Positions 1 through 13,506 of a DNA stretch of 64,000 nt are shown one piece after another. The notes below the pieces were generated by a model. The model ran no database searches, was not told the DNA's origin, and saw only the letters and a list, made by a program, of their open reading frames with translations. Source of the stretch: Catajapyx aquilonaris (taxonomy: Eukaryota); NCBI GenBank assembly GCA_000934665.2, contig KZ538176.1, positions 62,001 through 126,000 of the forward strand, given 5' to 3'. Every line of letters begins with the position of its first letter. The stretch's first letter is position 1. Both the position numbers and the translations under genes were made by a program.

Positions 1-138
1 TGCTCAGATATCAACAGCACCTCATGAGACCTGTTCAGTCCCTACGGCATATGCGACACCGTCTGCCCTTGTATCCGCATATGTTCCACCGTGACACACT
101 GATGGTGAGGAAGTACAGCCTGTCCTGGTAGTACTCAC

Positions 139-225
139 CAGCATGTCTCCAGCTGCAGGGTCGTCGTCTGGTCCAGAGGAGGGCGAGGCCACCTCTGGCG
201 TCCTCTCCACCGTTACCAGAGCCAT
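139..225 (-). CDS. ssh: First coding exon of slingshot-family protein phosphatase; the rest of the gene lies left of the window
   Basis: MALVTVERTPEVASPSSG... resembles the MALVT(V/L)QRSP N-terminus of Slingshot/SSH1/SSH2. The exon is 87 nt and ends at a phase-0 GTGAGT donor (plus-strand actcac at 133-138). It is divergent from SBDS. Confidence 0.7.
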
Positions 226-745
226 CGCGGACGCACCAGGGGTCGGGTCACCCGGGAGACGAGAAGGGGAGGGCCGAACAGGGGCAGCGGTGCTTCAGGG
301 GCGGAGAGGAAGTGGTGGGGGGCGGCTACAGCACCCGGGGCAGATCCGAGGCGGTGGCAGGGACGAAGAGGTGTGTGAGAGGGGCAGATGACAGGCGGGA
401 AGAGGGACCCTGCGCGGAGCAACCCGCGGCCATCTTGGGTAGGGAGCAACCCAGAACAGCGCCTGCGTCGACCTCTATCGGGGTGGGGCACAAACTACGC
501 TAGTAGCAGCATTAAATTTTAGTAAATCATTTAAATGGAATGTAATTTAGCAGCGCTCCTAACATCACTACAGGGCTGGAAATATGCAGGGGGTAAACTG
601 ATGGGAGCAGACGACGTGGAGTGGCCACCCTGCGCGTGATCCTCTCCCGTCATTGCAGCTGTATTGCGCAAATGGTCTGCACGCTGCATGTCCTGTGAGA
701 GGATACACTTTTGAACTACGTGGTTTCTTCAGAGAGGGTGTCAGG

Positions 746-1815
746 ATGTCCAAGATATTCACGCCGACCAACCAGATCCGGCTGACCAATGTGGCGGTGG
801 TCAGGATGAAGAAGGCGGGGATCAGGTTCGAGATTGCCTGCTACAAGAACAAGGTCATGTCCTGGAGGACTAAGGTGTACGTGGTTCATCAAGCTTTATT
901 GGCACTGTTCGCATAAGTATGGGAGCATGGCAGTGACTGTCACTGAAAAACTTGCAGTTAGCAAAGCAGGACAGTAATCTTACAACTTATAAGTACGGAT
1001 AACTAGGCTAATGAGTTGTTAATTAAGATTATTGGACATTACAGAGAAACTGATATTGATGAGGTGCTACAAACACACACCGTTTTCACCAACGTATCAA
1101 AGGGACAGGTGGCGAAGAAGGAGGACCTGATCAAAGCATTCAAAAAGGAAGATCAGACCGAGATATGCACGGAGATCTTGTCCAAGGGAGAGCTCCAGGT
1201 GTCCGAGAAGGAGCGGAATGCGCAGATGGACTCCCTCCTAAAGGACATTGCCACGACTGTAGCTGACAAATGTGTCAACCCGGAAACAAAACGCCCCTAC
1301 CCTGTGTCCATCATAGAAAAGGCAATGAAGGATATCCACTTTTCCATCAAACCTAATCGGAATGCAAAGCAACAGGTACGTGACACAAACGCATGATGGT
1401 TGTGAGAGGAATTGGCATGCAGTCACATTTTTGGACCCTCGTTTTCTGTACAGGCACTGGAGGTGATAAAGCAGCTAAAAGAAGTAATGCCAATCGATCG
1501 AGCCCAGATGAGGCTTAAGGTCATGCTCAGCGGCAAGGAGAGTCGCAAGGTCAAAGACAAGATTGCCAAGCTGGCCTCTACAGTGGAGAGTGAGAATTGG
1601 GATGGTGCAGATTTCACTATGGTATGTGGCATTTCAGGTACAGTCACATTGTCCTGACTCGACTAAGGTACACTATTGCTTTGCAGATCTGCCTGATTGA
1701 CCCTGGACACTACCGTGAGGTGGATGAAGTTGTGCGTGCAGAAACAAGAGGACAGGGAAGATTAGACCTCCTTGACCTGAAGGAGGTGACAGAGGGAGAG
1801 GAGACACTGGAGTGA
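746..1815 (+). CDS. SBDS: Ribosome maturation protein SBDS (252 aa, 4 exons: 746-876, 1045-1375, 1454-1621, 1687-1815)
   Basis: Motifs [23 protein letters not shown]...[43 protein letters not shown] and CLIDPG. Introns are GT-AG and exon lengths sum to 759 nt. Confidence 0.97.
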
Positions 1816-1906
1816 TCATATGCATGAATTCGTAATCCATTGGCACTAATGTTTAATCCCACCCCCATTTTGTACCAGCGTTGTATCAATGTTAATAAAT
1901 TCAGTC

Positions 1907-3057
1907 TTAATTCTTTTGGCTTGCATCCTTGTCTGGACGGATGTAGATGGTCTCTTCCTTGCCTTCCAGTCGTGCAGCCAGACGTGCCACGATAAACAAG
2001 AAGTCGGAGAGCCTTGGAAACATTGTTGGCATTAATGGTCTGAATCACAAGTTGCATGAATCTTCAAAAAGTGCTTAGCTGAATCATTTTTTGAAATCAA
2101 ATGATTCCAAACGCTGTGAATGGTAGAAGGATTTAAATTACCTGTTCAGATAGACAAGAGTCTCGGGCTGAATCTCGCTATCACGAGACAAGGTTACAAC
2201 ATGCCGCTCTGCACGTCGACATACAGTGCGAGTCACATGCAAGAAAGCACTGGCTTTTCCTCCACCCTGCCGAAGGTAAATCATATTATAATGCATGATG
2301 TGGTGCAATTCGCTCACCACATAATTTTCTACTACAACTCTGGTCCGTAAGGTCATACAGGAAGAATGAAGTTCTCAAGTGGCAGCAGCTGTTTTGAATA
2401 TTCATCCATCCAGTCCTCCAACTCCTTGGAATGTCTAGAGGAAAAGGTTGTCTTCTGCACATGAGCATCCCTGGCAGAAGATCGTGGTGTTGCAAGGTGA
2501 GAACTCACATCTTGAAGGATGCATTGTATCCTCTGCAAGCGGTCTGTGTATGGGTGCTTAGCCTCTGCTGCCAACTCACGTGCGTACCTGCATGTACAGA
2601 TTTCAAGTCAGTACAGTAGCTACTGTCAATTATCATGACACTTGTGGAGTTTTCGTCAAGTGGGGCATTCAATGGCGCTCAAGTAATGCATTATGCAACA
2701 CAATACAACCCCAACATCCAAGATGGACTTCTCCTGTCTCCATAACAAGTTGTAGTGTGAAGCAGCAATGGTACCCAATGTGTGAGGAGAGTTCATCCGT
2801 GGCTCCAAGGGCCATGAATATCTTGTCATCTTTGCTCCTGCGCTCTCCTGTGAACGTGGACGTCTTCCCCTTGTCGCCAGTCCTGGTGTATATCCTAGGG
2901 AAGGCTGCATGGGCCGTAGTACTGCTGGAAAGTCTGTAAGACAGAGCACCTGACCCTCTGCGGTACTGCCCATGCACAAACTATGTCTGCGCCTGTACCT
3001 GACAAACCCAGCTGTGGACATCAAATGTGCAGCCTTGAAGATGGCCGCTCGTGACAT
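1907..3057 (-). CDS. MMAB: Mitochondrial cob(I)alamin adenosyltransferase, PduO-type (225 aa, exons 3057-2999, 2933-2775, 2587-2359, 2266-2142, 2012-1907)
   Basis: Motifs [40 protein letters not shown] and YLNRLSDFLF, after an N-terminal transit-peptide-like segment. Exons sum to 678 nt. Confidence 0.95.
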
Positions 3058-4029
3058 GTCGTCCGACCCAACCTCTCTCTCTCCTGCAGTACTTAAGCAA
3101 TGACCTTACGACGCAAGAGGCTAGATGATGTTTTGATTGTGGCAAAAATCGGACATTCACATGTGATCAGCACATATGGCCATGTGTGACCGCACTCGCG
3201 CCATCTCTTGACGAAACTAGACACTGGAAAATACAGTCCCACCGTATCTCGTTTCTCTATTATTTTAGTAAAGCAAGTAGTATTGCTGAAACAACAGTAT
3301 TTAAAATAGCAAATAACAGCAGCGACACATATCCCTAATTAAGTGGTAATTACACTTTTCACTATTACTTGCAAGGAAGTCCAACGTAGAGTGCAATAGA
3401 TTTTCCGTGACATACAATTCCACCGACTAAAATGTGGCGTTTAAACAAACAAGGCTGGAAAAAAGAGGCCCCCTATGGAAGTAACCAGTTTTATAAAATA
3501 TTATATCAGTTTTATTTTTGGAAAGGAATGATACCATTTTTATATGTATAAATCCTGTAGAGAGTATTAGTGTGTTTGTTCATTGGTCAATAAAATACAA
3601 CATCAACTTTCATTCTCCTTAAGCCTACACTAACAAGTATTAACAATGGCAACATATTTTGCTATATTTTCATACAGTTCAATCTTTGCATATTCATAAA
3701 AATATTTTAAGTGCTCTAGAATCAGTAAAAACATAATATGGCAATGTGTATAAAACTGATGACATCCCCCTTCTGATTTGTTATTTGGAATCACAAAGAC
3801 TGAATAAGGACACTTATTTTGCATGAGGAAGAATCAAGGTAAAACAGAACAACATGAAGCAGAACCAGCCTGCCCTCAACGCCTAGGACTAAAAACAATG
3901 AGAAAAGTGACAATCATGGACTTGCTTCTTCTCCTTGCGCAATAAAAATAATTGATCATTCTACGCAGCAACCCAAAAAAAGAAGGACACATCCTTATGT
4001 ACATTATTGTTCTCCCTCCCAACTTGAAA

Positions 4030-7000
4030 TTAACTCCAAACATCAGAGGAATATCTCTTCTGTGCCTCCATCTTCTTGACATATGCCACGGCTTCCGCAT
4101 CGGACATGTTGCCTTCTTCTTTCATTACCTTTGTGATGATCTCATGAACATCCCTGGCCATATTCTTAGCATCTCTGTAAAGACAGTACATGTTGGTGTG
4201 TATTAGACAAACATCAACACATGACGTCAGCATGGATGATTAAGCTGACAGGATTACAAGTGCATTTAGATTAAAGACACTGTACATACCCACACACATA
4301 GAGATGACCATTTTCCACCCCAATTAGGCGCCATAATTCCTTTGCTTGTTGTCTCAAGAGATGTGTTACATAAACCTTTTCTCCTTGATCCCGTGAAAAG
4401 GCAACATTAATCTGAGGGAGGAAGGAAAAGGTAAGTTGCATTTGATACAAATATTTACTTCCTGATAACAAGTGAAAGTAAATAGCTGCATAAATAACCT
4501 CGAGAAACTGTCTTTTGTGCTTCACGGTGAGATATCACCATTTTAAAAATAACGAGGACTATCTTCTAATGTGCAAACCCACACACTAATGCATCAATTT
4601 TAATCAGAACATTTAAATCTACAAAATACACCTCGATATCGACTATTATGGTCAAAATTTAGTAGTGAGAGCTCACCTTCAGCACCCCCTTGTTGACAAA
4701 CTCTGTGAGCTCCTCTTCATAAATAAAGTCCTCTGCCTTCTTCCTGCATCCGAAGAAGAGGACGCTCTCCCCAACAGGCTTCCCTTCGTCTTTCAAGAAG
4801 CTGCGCTCCTGAATAAAGCCTCGGAATGGGGCGAGGCCAGTTCCCGGACCAATCATGACTATAGGCACCTGAGGACGTGTTGGTAGTCTGCAAATTCAAA
4901 GAGTGCAAAAGTCAAATCAGTGTTTACATGATCCTGTACAAGCTCATAAATATATTAACTGACCTGAATTGTGACTTTCGGACAAATACAGGCACTTTTG
5001 GACCATGTCCGTTTTGAGGCACCATGTTCCTGAGCCAGCAGGTGGCAACTCCCTTGTTGGTACGGCCAGTCAGGGTCTCATACTCAACCACCACAGCAGT
5101 TATATGGATGTGTGTTGGATGCACCTGGAACACACATACAGTTAAGAAACATCCACCGAATCATGAAAGGAAACTTGTAATATTCAAACCTTTGGTGATG
5201 AGGAAATGGAGTAATATCTGGCCTGCAGACGAGGCAGCAGCTCACAGAGATGGTCCAGTGTTGGCTTACAGCTCGGCAAATCCTCCAGTATGTGCACAAT
5301 GTTCCTCCTGGAGTTGACAACCCACTTCTGATACATAGCCTTCCCCTCTGGGGTTGTTCCAGACATAAGCTTCAATTTCTCTTTATCCTGTGCAGTCAAG
5401 CAGATGGGTGAGTCATCATGTAATCAACTGCACATGCACATGTACTTACCGACTCATCAGTAGCATACTCAATGAGTTCCTTAAGGACATGGGTCCTTGG
5501 AGGAGAAGTGATGTCCAGATAGTGAAGAAAGGCGGTGCGGTACGAACTTGGGCATGGAAATGGACTCTTCTTGCTTGAATCCTCTGAGCCACAAAAAAAA
5601 AACTAAGATTAGTACACCCCCTGCAATCATAGTTTTTACAGTCAAGGAATCATTTGCAAAAAGTTTTCAGGTATTTCCCACAATAAAACACCCCTAGGCC
5701 TACAATAAAACATGTTGAAGGTCAACAGTGCCGAGAATACTTATCACTACGAATCGGTTAGTAATTCTTTGCATAATAGTATATAACAGATCTTCATAAC
5801 ACTAGATTTTTATCTCTAAATACAGTTGGTGATAAACCATTAAGGTCGGTTCTCAAAGCAGTGGGTTGGAGCAAAATGTGCGCTTGCAAGCGCCTTGGAG
5901 CGGGTGGTTTGGCCACTCGGGAATATTCTGGTCATCACGAAGTAGCGGGTGCGCATAGCTGGTGCGCGCCTCCAATTTGTGGCGTGCCACAAGCTCTTGC
6001 CTCTTCGGCGCCTTTTTTTTGGAGGTCGGGGGCCACGTGACTCCCGCAGGGCCACCGGATGGGTCCCCATGGAGCGGGTGGTGGGCCGAAGTGGGTAGAA
6101 ATCAACCCGGAGCAGATCGCACCCCTAGCTCCTAGCAGCGGGCAAGTGTATCTCTACCCACTTTCGCGTGACGTCAGAGCGGCCAAACCACCCGCTCCAA
6201 GGCGCTTGCAAGCGCACGTTTTGCTCCAACCTACTGGTTTGAGAACCGACCTTTATTTAAATCTAGTGATTGCCGCTTGCAGTGCTCACATGGCCAAAAT
6301 CCCTCTCTACTAGGAAAAAATTCATGGTTGTTTGAGTACATTTATAATGGTGCTACAAACCATCCAAGTTAGAGAAAGTGACTACAGTGTCCATGTCATC
6401 CTTCACCAGCTTCTGCAGACGCTCAACCAGGTCCTTGTCATTGATTGGGAAGATGGCCACATGATCTCCAGAGTCATACCTCATCTTGGAGCCCTCAATA
6501 TCAAGTTCTATGTGCATGCAGGAGCGATCCCCACCCTTGTGAAGTTCACGGTTCAAAGTGATGGCAGACATAAAGGGATTCTTGGCATCAAATGGTCTGT
6601 AATAAGCAGAGATGATGGCGTTAAATTATATCTACCTCATTCCAGGACATAATGTTATGCCAAAAAGCAACATACGCCCTCTGGTTCTTGTATGAATTGA
6701 GTCTAGCCACTTCTCCAGTGTACACTTTGGCTGGATCCACATCTTCCTGGACAGTCACACTGTACTGGCGCATGCTCACTTCTTCTGAGGATGCCTCAAT
6801 GCCAAAATGCTCACAAACAGCTGGCCAGAGGCGATCCTTCCATGTTATAAAGTCTTCCTCAATGCTGTAATGGGTGAACAATACATTTTCAGGATGTTCT
6901 ACCTAATGTAATGAAACATGTACAACCGTCAAGTTTTCAATATCTAAATATCCTGCGCTAATCTTATTAATGTCCAGTTGCATCAGTGATGGCACATCAA

Positions 7001-10000
7001 GGCTTATTCTTGTTTTAGCATGCTTATTGTAGTAATAATAATAATAATAAGGTTTAGTGCATCACCCTTGCTGGGCATCTGGGACAGTACATTTATTTTG
7101 CTTTTTTAGATGTATAAGCTTGGTCCTTTTTCATAACGCCCAGGTACCACGAGCGAGGGGGGATGAGCAGGAGGGGATGTGCAATGTGCAGCACAGTAAC
7201 GTTGCTTTGGTCATTTTTGTGAACTCCCCTGGGTGGTTAGTCTAGCTGAAATCCCAAAGACGAAGGCAGAGATGGCCCCTAACTCTGCATGAGATGTAGG
7301 GGGGAATGCCCGGGCTTGCTATCGAATCCGGGACCCCTACATCCGCGGGCGCACACGTTACCACAGCGCCACTCCGTCTCCCCCGTTGTAGCAATGAAGT
7401 AGCAACTCTTGTCAAAAATCTATCTTCAGGCATCTAAAGCATATTTTTATGCATTGTAAAACTTACTTGGCATCATCGTCACCCAGTCCCAGCTCAAAGA
7501 CCCTCTCGGCGCCCAACTCTTCCAGCCTCTTGTCAACATACTTCCCCATGTCATTGTAATGCTCGTAGGTTTTGTTACCCAAACCAAAAACCTATAAATA
7601 ACAATTATTGTGTTAAATGGGAATATGAAAGTCATACAAGTGCTAATATGATGAAAAGAAAAGTGTTACATATGACTGTAGAGTAACTTCCCAATAAAAA
7701 CAAGTCAATCAAACACACTGAATATGCTGTGATCATGTTTAGTCTGAGACATTCTGAGGACACCCAAAAAGGGGAGTGAAAAAAGTGAATGACAACCCCT
7801 TATCTAACTTATTGTTAAAATCTTTTTTACGGCACAAAGCATGAGGTTCAAAACACCTTGCACAAGCTTCATTGGGAACATGCAAAGCTCTAGAGTACAC
7901 AGAGCTGCTGCACTGATTCCCACACATTCCACAAAGCAAAAAATAGCATACCACAGGGCAAAATTTTGTTTTTGTTCTGTGATGTTGCAATGTGCAAGGT
8001 TTTTCATGATATTTCATCACTCACGTACTACCAGCACAGTATTATCATGGGCATTCTCCCATAAGAAAAGCATGTGAAAGTGTCAGGAATAATATTGTGC
8101 TGATAGTACCTCTGCATTTGCTCAAGGTAGTATAAATCTATGTTATTTATTATTTTTTATTTTTTATTCCACTATCATTATCTATTTTACTTTCTGCAGC
8201 CATCATAGAATAATAGTGGCCAATATCCCTACAAGCACTGCATATGTGTAGCCCATTCTGCTTAAGAGAGCTTTAAAAAGTGAAAAATTAGAAATCCCCA
8301 CATAATACGGCAACATTACACGCATGCACTAACATTTTGTAGAAACTACATGCGGCTTAAATTACCTTCTTGAAAGACTTTGGTAGGCACGTGCAATCAT
8401 GATTGCATGTGCGATAATTATAAAATGCTGTAGTTTAAAAGATGGTGCTTCAATCATGAGGATCTCCAAAGACGTCATTGTAATTCTAGTGCTGCCTCTG
8501 CTCCAATCATAATGCGCAATGGAAAATGTTATAATCTGCATGTACTCGATCATACATTAGCTTGAAGAAGTCATGTCTCTAATTTCCCAGTGACGTCATT
8601 GGATGATTACATGACTTAAAAGAACTAGTTTAATTTTACTCACTGCATATTTAATTCCCTGAAGCTCACAGTCTCCAGTTTGCAGCCACTCGAAAAACTC
8701 CTGGGCGTTATCAGTTGGATCTCCTTCGCCATATGTTGCCATGCAAAATATGGCCAATCCATTGGGAATGTCTGCCAGTTTGGAAAGTTCCTCCTGCATA
8801 TACGAGTACCATGTTACAATCTCTACCCAAATTCAAGGGGATGGTTCTTCAATATTTTGCGTAGATTACCCTGTGTCACTACTTAAAGATGTCTCAACAT
8901 TTCAAAACGATCAATTAAGAAAGCAAGCGATGTCTTTCAACAAAATATCATGAATACAAAAGTAGTTCACAACATTTATGTCGCAATCGGTTTACGAACA
9001 TTTCTCTTTTCTTTTTTTCGTTTTAGAATACATAATTGAGACGACATGGCAGCAATGAAGTATGCAAGCAAAAAGCATCTCACCATGTCACATTCCTCTG
9101 GATCTGCTACCATTCCTTTCATTTTGTACCTGGCAGCTTCTTTTGCTAAGCGCCCTGCAAACTCCTCCGCAGTTCCTGTCTGGCTTCCGTAAAATACAAC
9201 TAGATTGCGTGCTGAGGTTTTCATCTTGCTTATAAAGCTGCTGTCTGTTTGTCTGGTAGACACTTGTGTAGGCCTACACAAGACGACCAAAATTATTAGA
9301 AATTGTTATGTAATAAGACTAACTTGTGAAGCTGATTTAAGAAGCCATCACATTAAATAAGTGTTCACAGAAATCAGAGAATTTACACTCCAGTCACACC
9401 TTTGCATATTAATCATTTTCATTCAGTTGCGTCAATTTTCCTTTCATTCAATGTCAATCCTCATGACCTGTGAAATTATTGACCACATACATTCATATTA
9501 CTTGTCTCTATGTACAGTCACCGCCACAAATACATGACAGTGAATGACAGAGGCACTGCATATGGAATGTTTTATTAAAATCAGCAAGAACATCACAACA
9601 CAGTTTTTGAGCTGGGGAAAACTTACTGAATGGTGTAAGCTTTGACATTGTTGACAGCGTCAGTTTTTCCCCTTTTGTTCTTAAAGAAGAGCCAGTAAGC
9701 ACTGCCGACCACCAGGACGCCCAAGAGAATAATGTCAGCTACTCCAAACATGGCTCCTTCCTCGTCCTCCATTCCTCCGACACCCAAAACTTCCTCGTCC
9801 TTGTCCATTTCAAGCGGCGTTTGGTTCACTCCTGCAAGAATACCAATAATCAAATGGGTTGGATTTCAGAGCTGATTGATTGTCAGATCCTGTTGATTAT
9901 CCCTGCTTTTTGTCGCCACTGCATTTGGCAGCGTGCCACATTTTTCAATTTCTGCCATGTCACTCACACAAACAGTGCGAAGGGATCAGAGTCATTGCAT

Positions 10001-12524
10001 AACGTTAACAAAGCACTTCACTCTTATCTCATAGTCTGGCCCATGCAAGCTGCTTCGAAAGTGAATTCTTTGTGCCCCTCCAAGTGCGCCTCAACCTGTT
10101 TCCTCCTATGGTTCCACGTCTTTGATTATATATGAATGACTTTGGAGCTACCTGAGGGCACTGTTGCATAGCTGATCCATAGCTGGTCAACTATTTCCAA
10201 GGTCAAATCACAAAAAACAGTGGGATTTCAGGGAACCTGATTTTATCTTGGCTTGAGAGAAGTCTCATGACTTTGGAACAAAGTGTATAGAAATAATGTG
10301 CATACTGGTGACAGCTGGGTCGATCACCTTTGGCCTACACGATTTGCAATTCAATAGTGCGGTCTCGCTGTTTACAGAGAGAGCTTCAAAACATGCTGTT
10401 CCACTGGGCCTAAATTTTAAGGGAAAGAAACCCAGCAGGATATGAGTCGCCAATTGTTTTGTTGTAGGGTGGAAAAACCTGCTGCATTTTTTACCTACCG
10501 TTTCCACTAACTGCTACGCAACAACAAATAAACCATGTGCAAAATTAAAATATGAAACTCCTACCCTCAGCAGTTCCTTCCAAGCTGAAATTCAAGTCTT
10601 TCTCCACCTCTCTACCTGACTGAAGTGGAGCCCGACACAAGAACCCAGTAGCATATATTATCCCCCAGTGAAAGTCAGCCACTCTCATGCAATGGGATTT
10701 CAGACTTGCATAGTGTGAGCAGGCCTACCAGGAAAACAAGAAGAAAACCACGAAAAGGACAATGGCTTCCTTCTCTAGAGACCTCTTTCCGTCACACCCT
10801 AATCTGAATAAAACCTTCAAATGTTTAGGTCTGAATCATACTCAGTACATCACATGCTTGTAAGTACTAGATCACAGATACCAATTACATAAACATATCA
10901 ATTTAACATTTCCAACAATTCCTCAAGGATGTGTTGTAACCACATAATCACACATCAGCTTCCTCTCACGCACTCATCTCAAGGTGAGTCAAACTAAGTA
11001 TACTGCCAACTAGCGGTATTTTTTAAATTTTTTTTGAAACAAAATGCAATCTTCAACTGATTTGCTGAGTCCAGCTGACTGCCCGATTGCACCAACCGAA
11101 ATTACCGATAAGATAGCTCCTAATGGATCGTTAGGTGCCCTTTTAACGTGTGCTAACGATCTGTTAGGCGCTATCGAATCAGTAATTTCGTTGGTGCAAT
11201 CGGGCATACATTTCATAAAAGGTCATGTAACCCCTATACGCACGTGTTTGTCATGTGGCAAAAAACAACAGATAACCTGAATTTGCTATCGAAAGATAAA
11301 ATCACCATGGACACCGCAAAGGTGAGGCAATTAGCCCTTTAGGATTGCAGTATTACACCACAGCTTAAAAAACGGCTTGATGCGTAATACTCACCCCCAC
11401 ACGTCAGACAATGTTATCTCTAATTTTCTAACCATCTTCTCTTTTTTGTTCTAACCCGAGGGAAATCCATGAACCTACTGGAAATCCTTGATTTTATATA
11501 CCCGCAGCTTGTTTACTAAGATGCGTCCTCCGATTATTTGCTCAAAAAACATGACCTCAACCAAGTTCTGACAGATTGAAATATGCACAAAGGAGAAAGT
11601 ACCACTGCTTCCAACCCGTTGTTTTGTGTTGCCCATACTGTGCATCATATTGCTCCCTTGTGATGCAAGTCATAAAAGGCACCTGACCAGCCAGTGAGTG
11701 ATTACATCATTTTATGAGCCTAAAAAAAAATTATGCATGCTAGCAAAAACTTACGGCATGAAATTATAACTATAACGTATTTGGACAAACAATGTTGCAC
11801 AATAAATTAATGGATTTCGTGTCACAAAAATGTTCAGTGTTGACAACATAACTGCAGATCACTATAGACTTCTGTTGGCAGTGAGATCACATACAATAAC
11901 ATACCACACATCACATGTAAACACCACATACATAACAACGTTACATAACAGCACACCTTATGAAAGAAACCTTCCAAGCCCTGCAAAATTTTCCTCTGAA
12001 ATGAACCGAAGTCCAACACACAATGCACTCAAAAAAACTCCCACATTCACCCTCCAGGGGATGCCCTAAGTTTCTAAAAAAAGGACCGCCGCCAATCCAA
12101 ACGGCAAGCACCACTTCCCATGCGGTCTGCCACCACTGGCACCTCCAACCTACTTGCACAACTCAATTTGAACCCATTAACACATCCCCCCCACATCCAA
12201 TAGCCAAAAATTAAAGGCGCACCCCCCAGATGGGTCCTTCACATTTAAAAAAATGCTCACAGAATGGAGGTCAAGGGCTGTGTGACCCAGTGTGACCCAG
12301 TGGATAGATGACCAAGTTCCGTCTCTGGAAATGCGCTGCCCGACTTTGCAGCCTGCAAACCCCTTTCTGATGCTGCTGCACCACCGAGGGGTCCCAAGGA
12401 TGGTGGAGGAGGATTGGGTTTTGTGGGGGAGATGGTCACGTGAGTCCACGTTTCCGTGACCCCTTATTTTTTTTTTCGGTGTGTGTGACCCTGATGCGCA
12501 ATGAAACTCACCAGAAGCGGCCAT
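4030..12524 (-). CDS. Cpr: NADPH-cytochrome P450 reductase (about 692 aa; exons 12524-12512, 9831-9627, 9273-9084, 8793-8644, 7591-7467, 6864-6676, 6596-6361, 5583-5450, 5387-5190, 5124-4964, 4887-4677, 4411-4290, 4174-4030)
   Basis: N-terminal TM anchor, FMN motifs [12 protein letters not shown] and [15 protein letters not shown] motif [20 protein letters not shown], and C-terminal DVWS. Exons sum to 2079 nt in frame. The 13-nt first exon is less certain; an alternative start is at 9808. Confidence 0.95.
5843..6252. mobile_element. PIF/Harbinger (Tourist-like) MITE in a Cpr intron
   Basis: About 78-bp near-perfect TIRs (AGGTCGGTTCTCAAA...TTTGAGAACCGACCT) flanked by TTA on both sides; no transposase ORF. 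Confidence 0.85.
7037..7384 (-). mobile_element. tRNA-derived SINE with (TTA)n tail
   Basis: Minus-strand head GGGGAGACGGAGTGGCGCTGTGG (A box) ... GGATTCGATAGC (B box-like). The 3' tail is the (TAA)n run near 7033-7050 on plus. Candidate TSD ttgtag(t/c)aat at 7027-7036 and 7386-7395. Confidence 0.7.
11080..11206. mobile_element. Short palindromic MITE (Tourist-like)
   Basis: TGCCCGATTGCACCAAC...GTTGGTGCAATCGGGCA ends, with imperfect complementarity through nearly all 127 bp. Confidence 0.75.
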
Positions 12525-12830
12525 AACACAAGTGATGTTCCCGAGCAGACTTCGCGTGAGAGACTAGCACACATGAGACATGACGCAGGTGGTTACCACA
12601 TAACTTGGTATTACGCAATGACACGAATTAAAGTACGTCACTCCTGGTCCCTCTGGTCTTATTGCCCCTTTTTTTGAGTAAATAGGGCGGGAAGGGCAGG
12701 GGACAGTGGCTGGATTAATTGGGGTCGGAGGAGGTGAAAGGTTAAATGTGTTGGAGGAAAGTAGGTTGCGTCTGGTAACTGTGAGGGCGATGGTGGCGCC
12801 GCGTTTGAACGGATCGGAGAGGCTGTTGGG
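12525..12830. promoter_or_regulatory. Probable bidirectional promoter of Cpr and ZMAT5, including a ZMAT5 non-coding first exon ending at the GTGAGT donor at 12830
   Basis: Divergent genes; CpG-richer segment with TGACG half-sites and a GGGCGG box; plus-strand donor at 12830 and acceptor just upstream of the ZMAT5 ATG. Confidence 0.5.
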
Positions 12831-13309
12831 TGAGTACGTGCTGGCTGCTGGGGGTCATGTCACGGTCACACGGTGACCTGGAAGACACCGTGCCGTTTTG
12901 CAATGCTTGTTCAGTATCGGTTACGTATAGTCAGGTATAGTGTAGTGTAGTCAAAGCAGCTTGTATTGTTAAAAAAGTGCGGCTATTATGAGGCACATAA
13001 TTACACACAATCAGCCACAACCACCAAGGTGGTTGGCCACAAGACCTCAAGAGTCACCAGAATGGGTCCATTCTTTTGGCGATTTTGTCCCGCTCTGGTT
13101 TTCAACTGGCAGCATCTACCGCAGACCCAACCCAAGATGGTAGCCAGGGACGCCTTGTTCAGAGTTTATATAAAAATCTTTTTGAGCTGGTGCAGTGGTG
13201 TTGCCATAAAAATCTTCAAGTCAAGGCTCACCTAGCCGCGAAGATGTGGGTCAAAATGAGTTTTCTTGGGACTGTAACAAGGAAATCTGGGATCTTTTAC
13301 TGCACTTTT

Positions 13310-13484
13310 TGGGATGGGATAGGGACGGAAGGAAGCGGCTGTGGCCTGTTAATTACGGAAACAGCTCCGGAATTTTCCTGGAAGGACTGTGGGAAACCAC
13401 AGAAAACCACGGTCAGAGTTGCCGGCCCCAGGACCTTCCGATTAGCAGTCGGACACCGTATGCCCTACTCCAAACGGCCTCGGT
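13310..13484 (-). mobile_element. tRNA-Ser-derived SINE (B box deleted)
   Basis: Head contains GTCCGACTGCTAATCGGA (Ser-GCT-like anticodon arm), followed by a body GTGGTTTTCTGTGGTTTCCC...AGGCCACAGCCGCTTCCTTCC. The 3' end is not precisely defined. Confidence 0.65.
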
Positions 13485-13506
13485 AATAAACACTACAGTA
13501 CCATGT

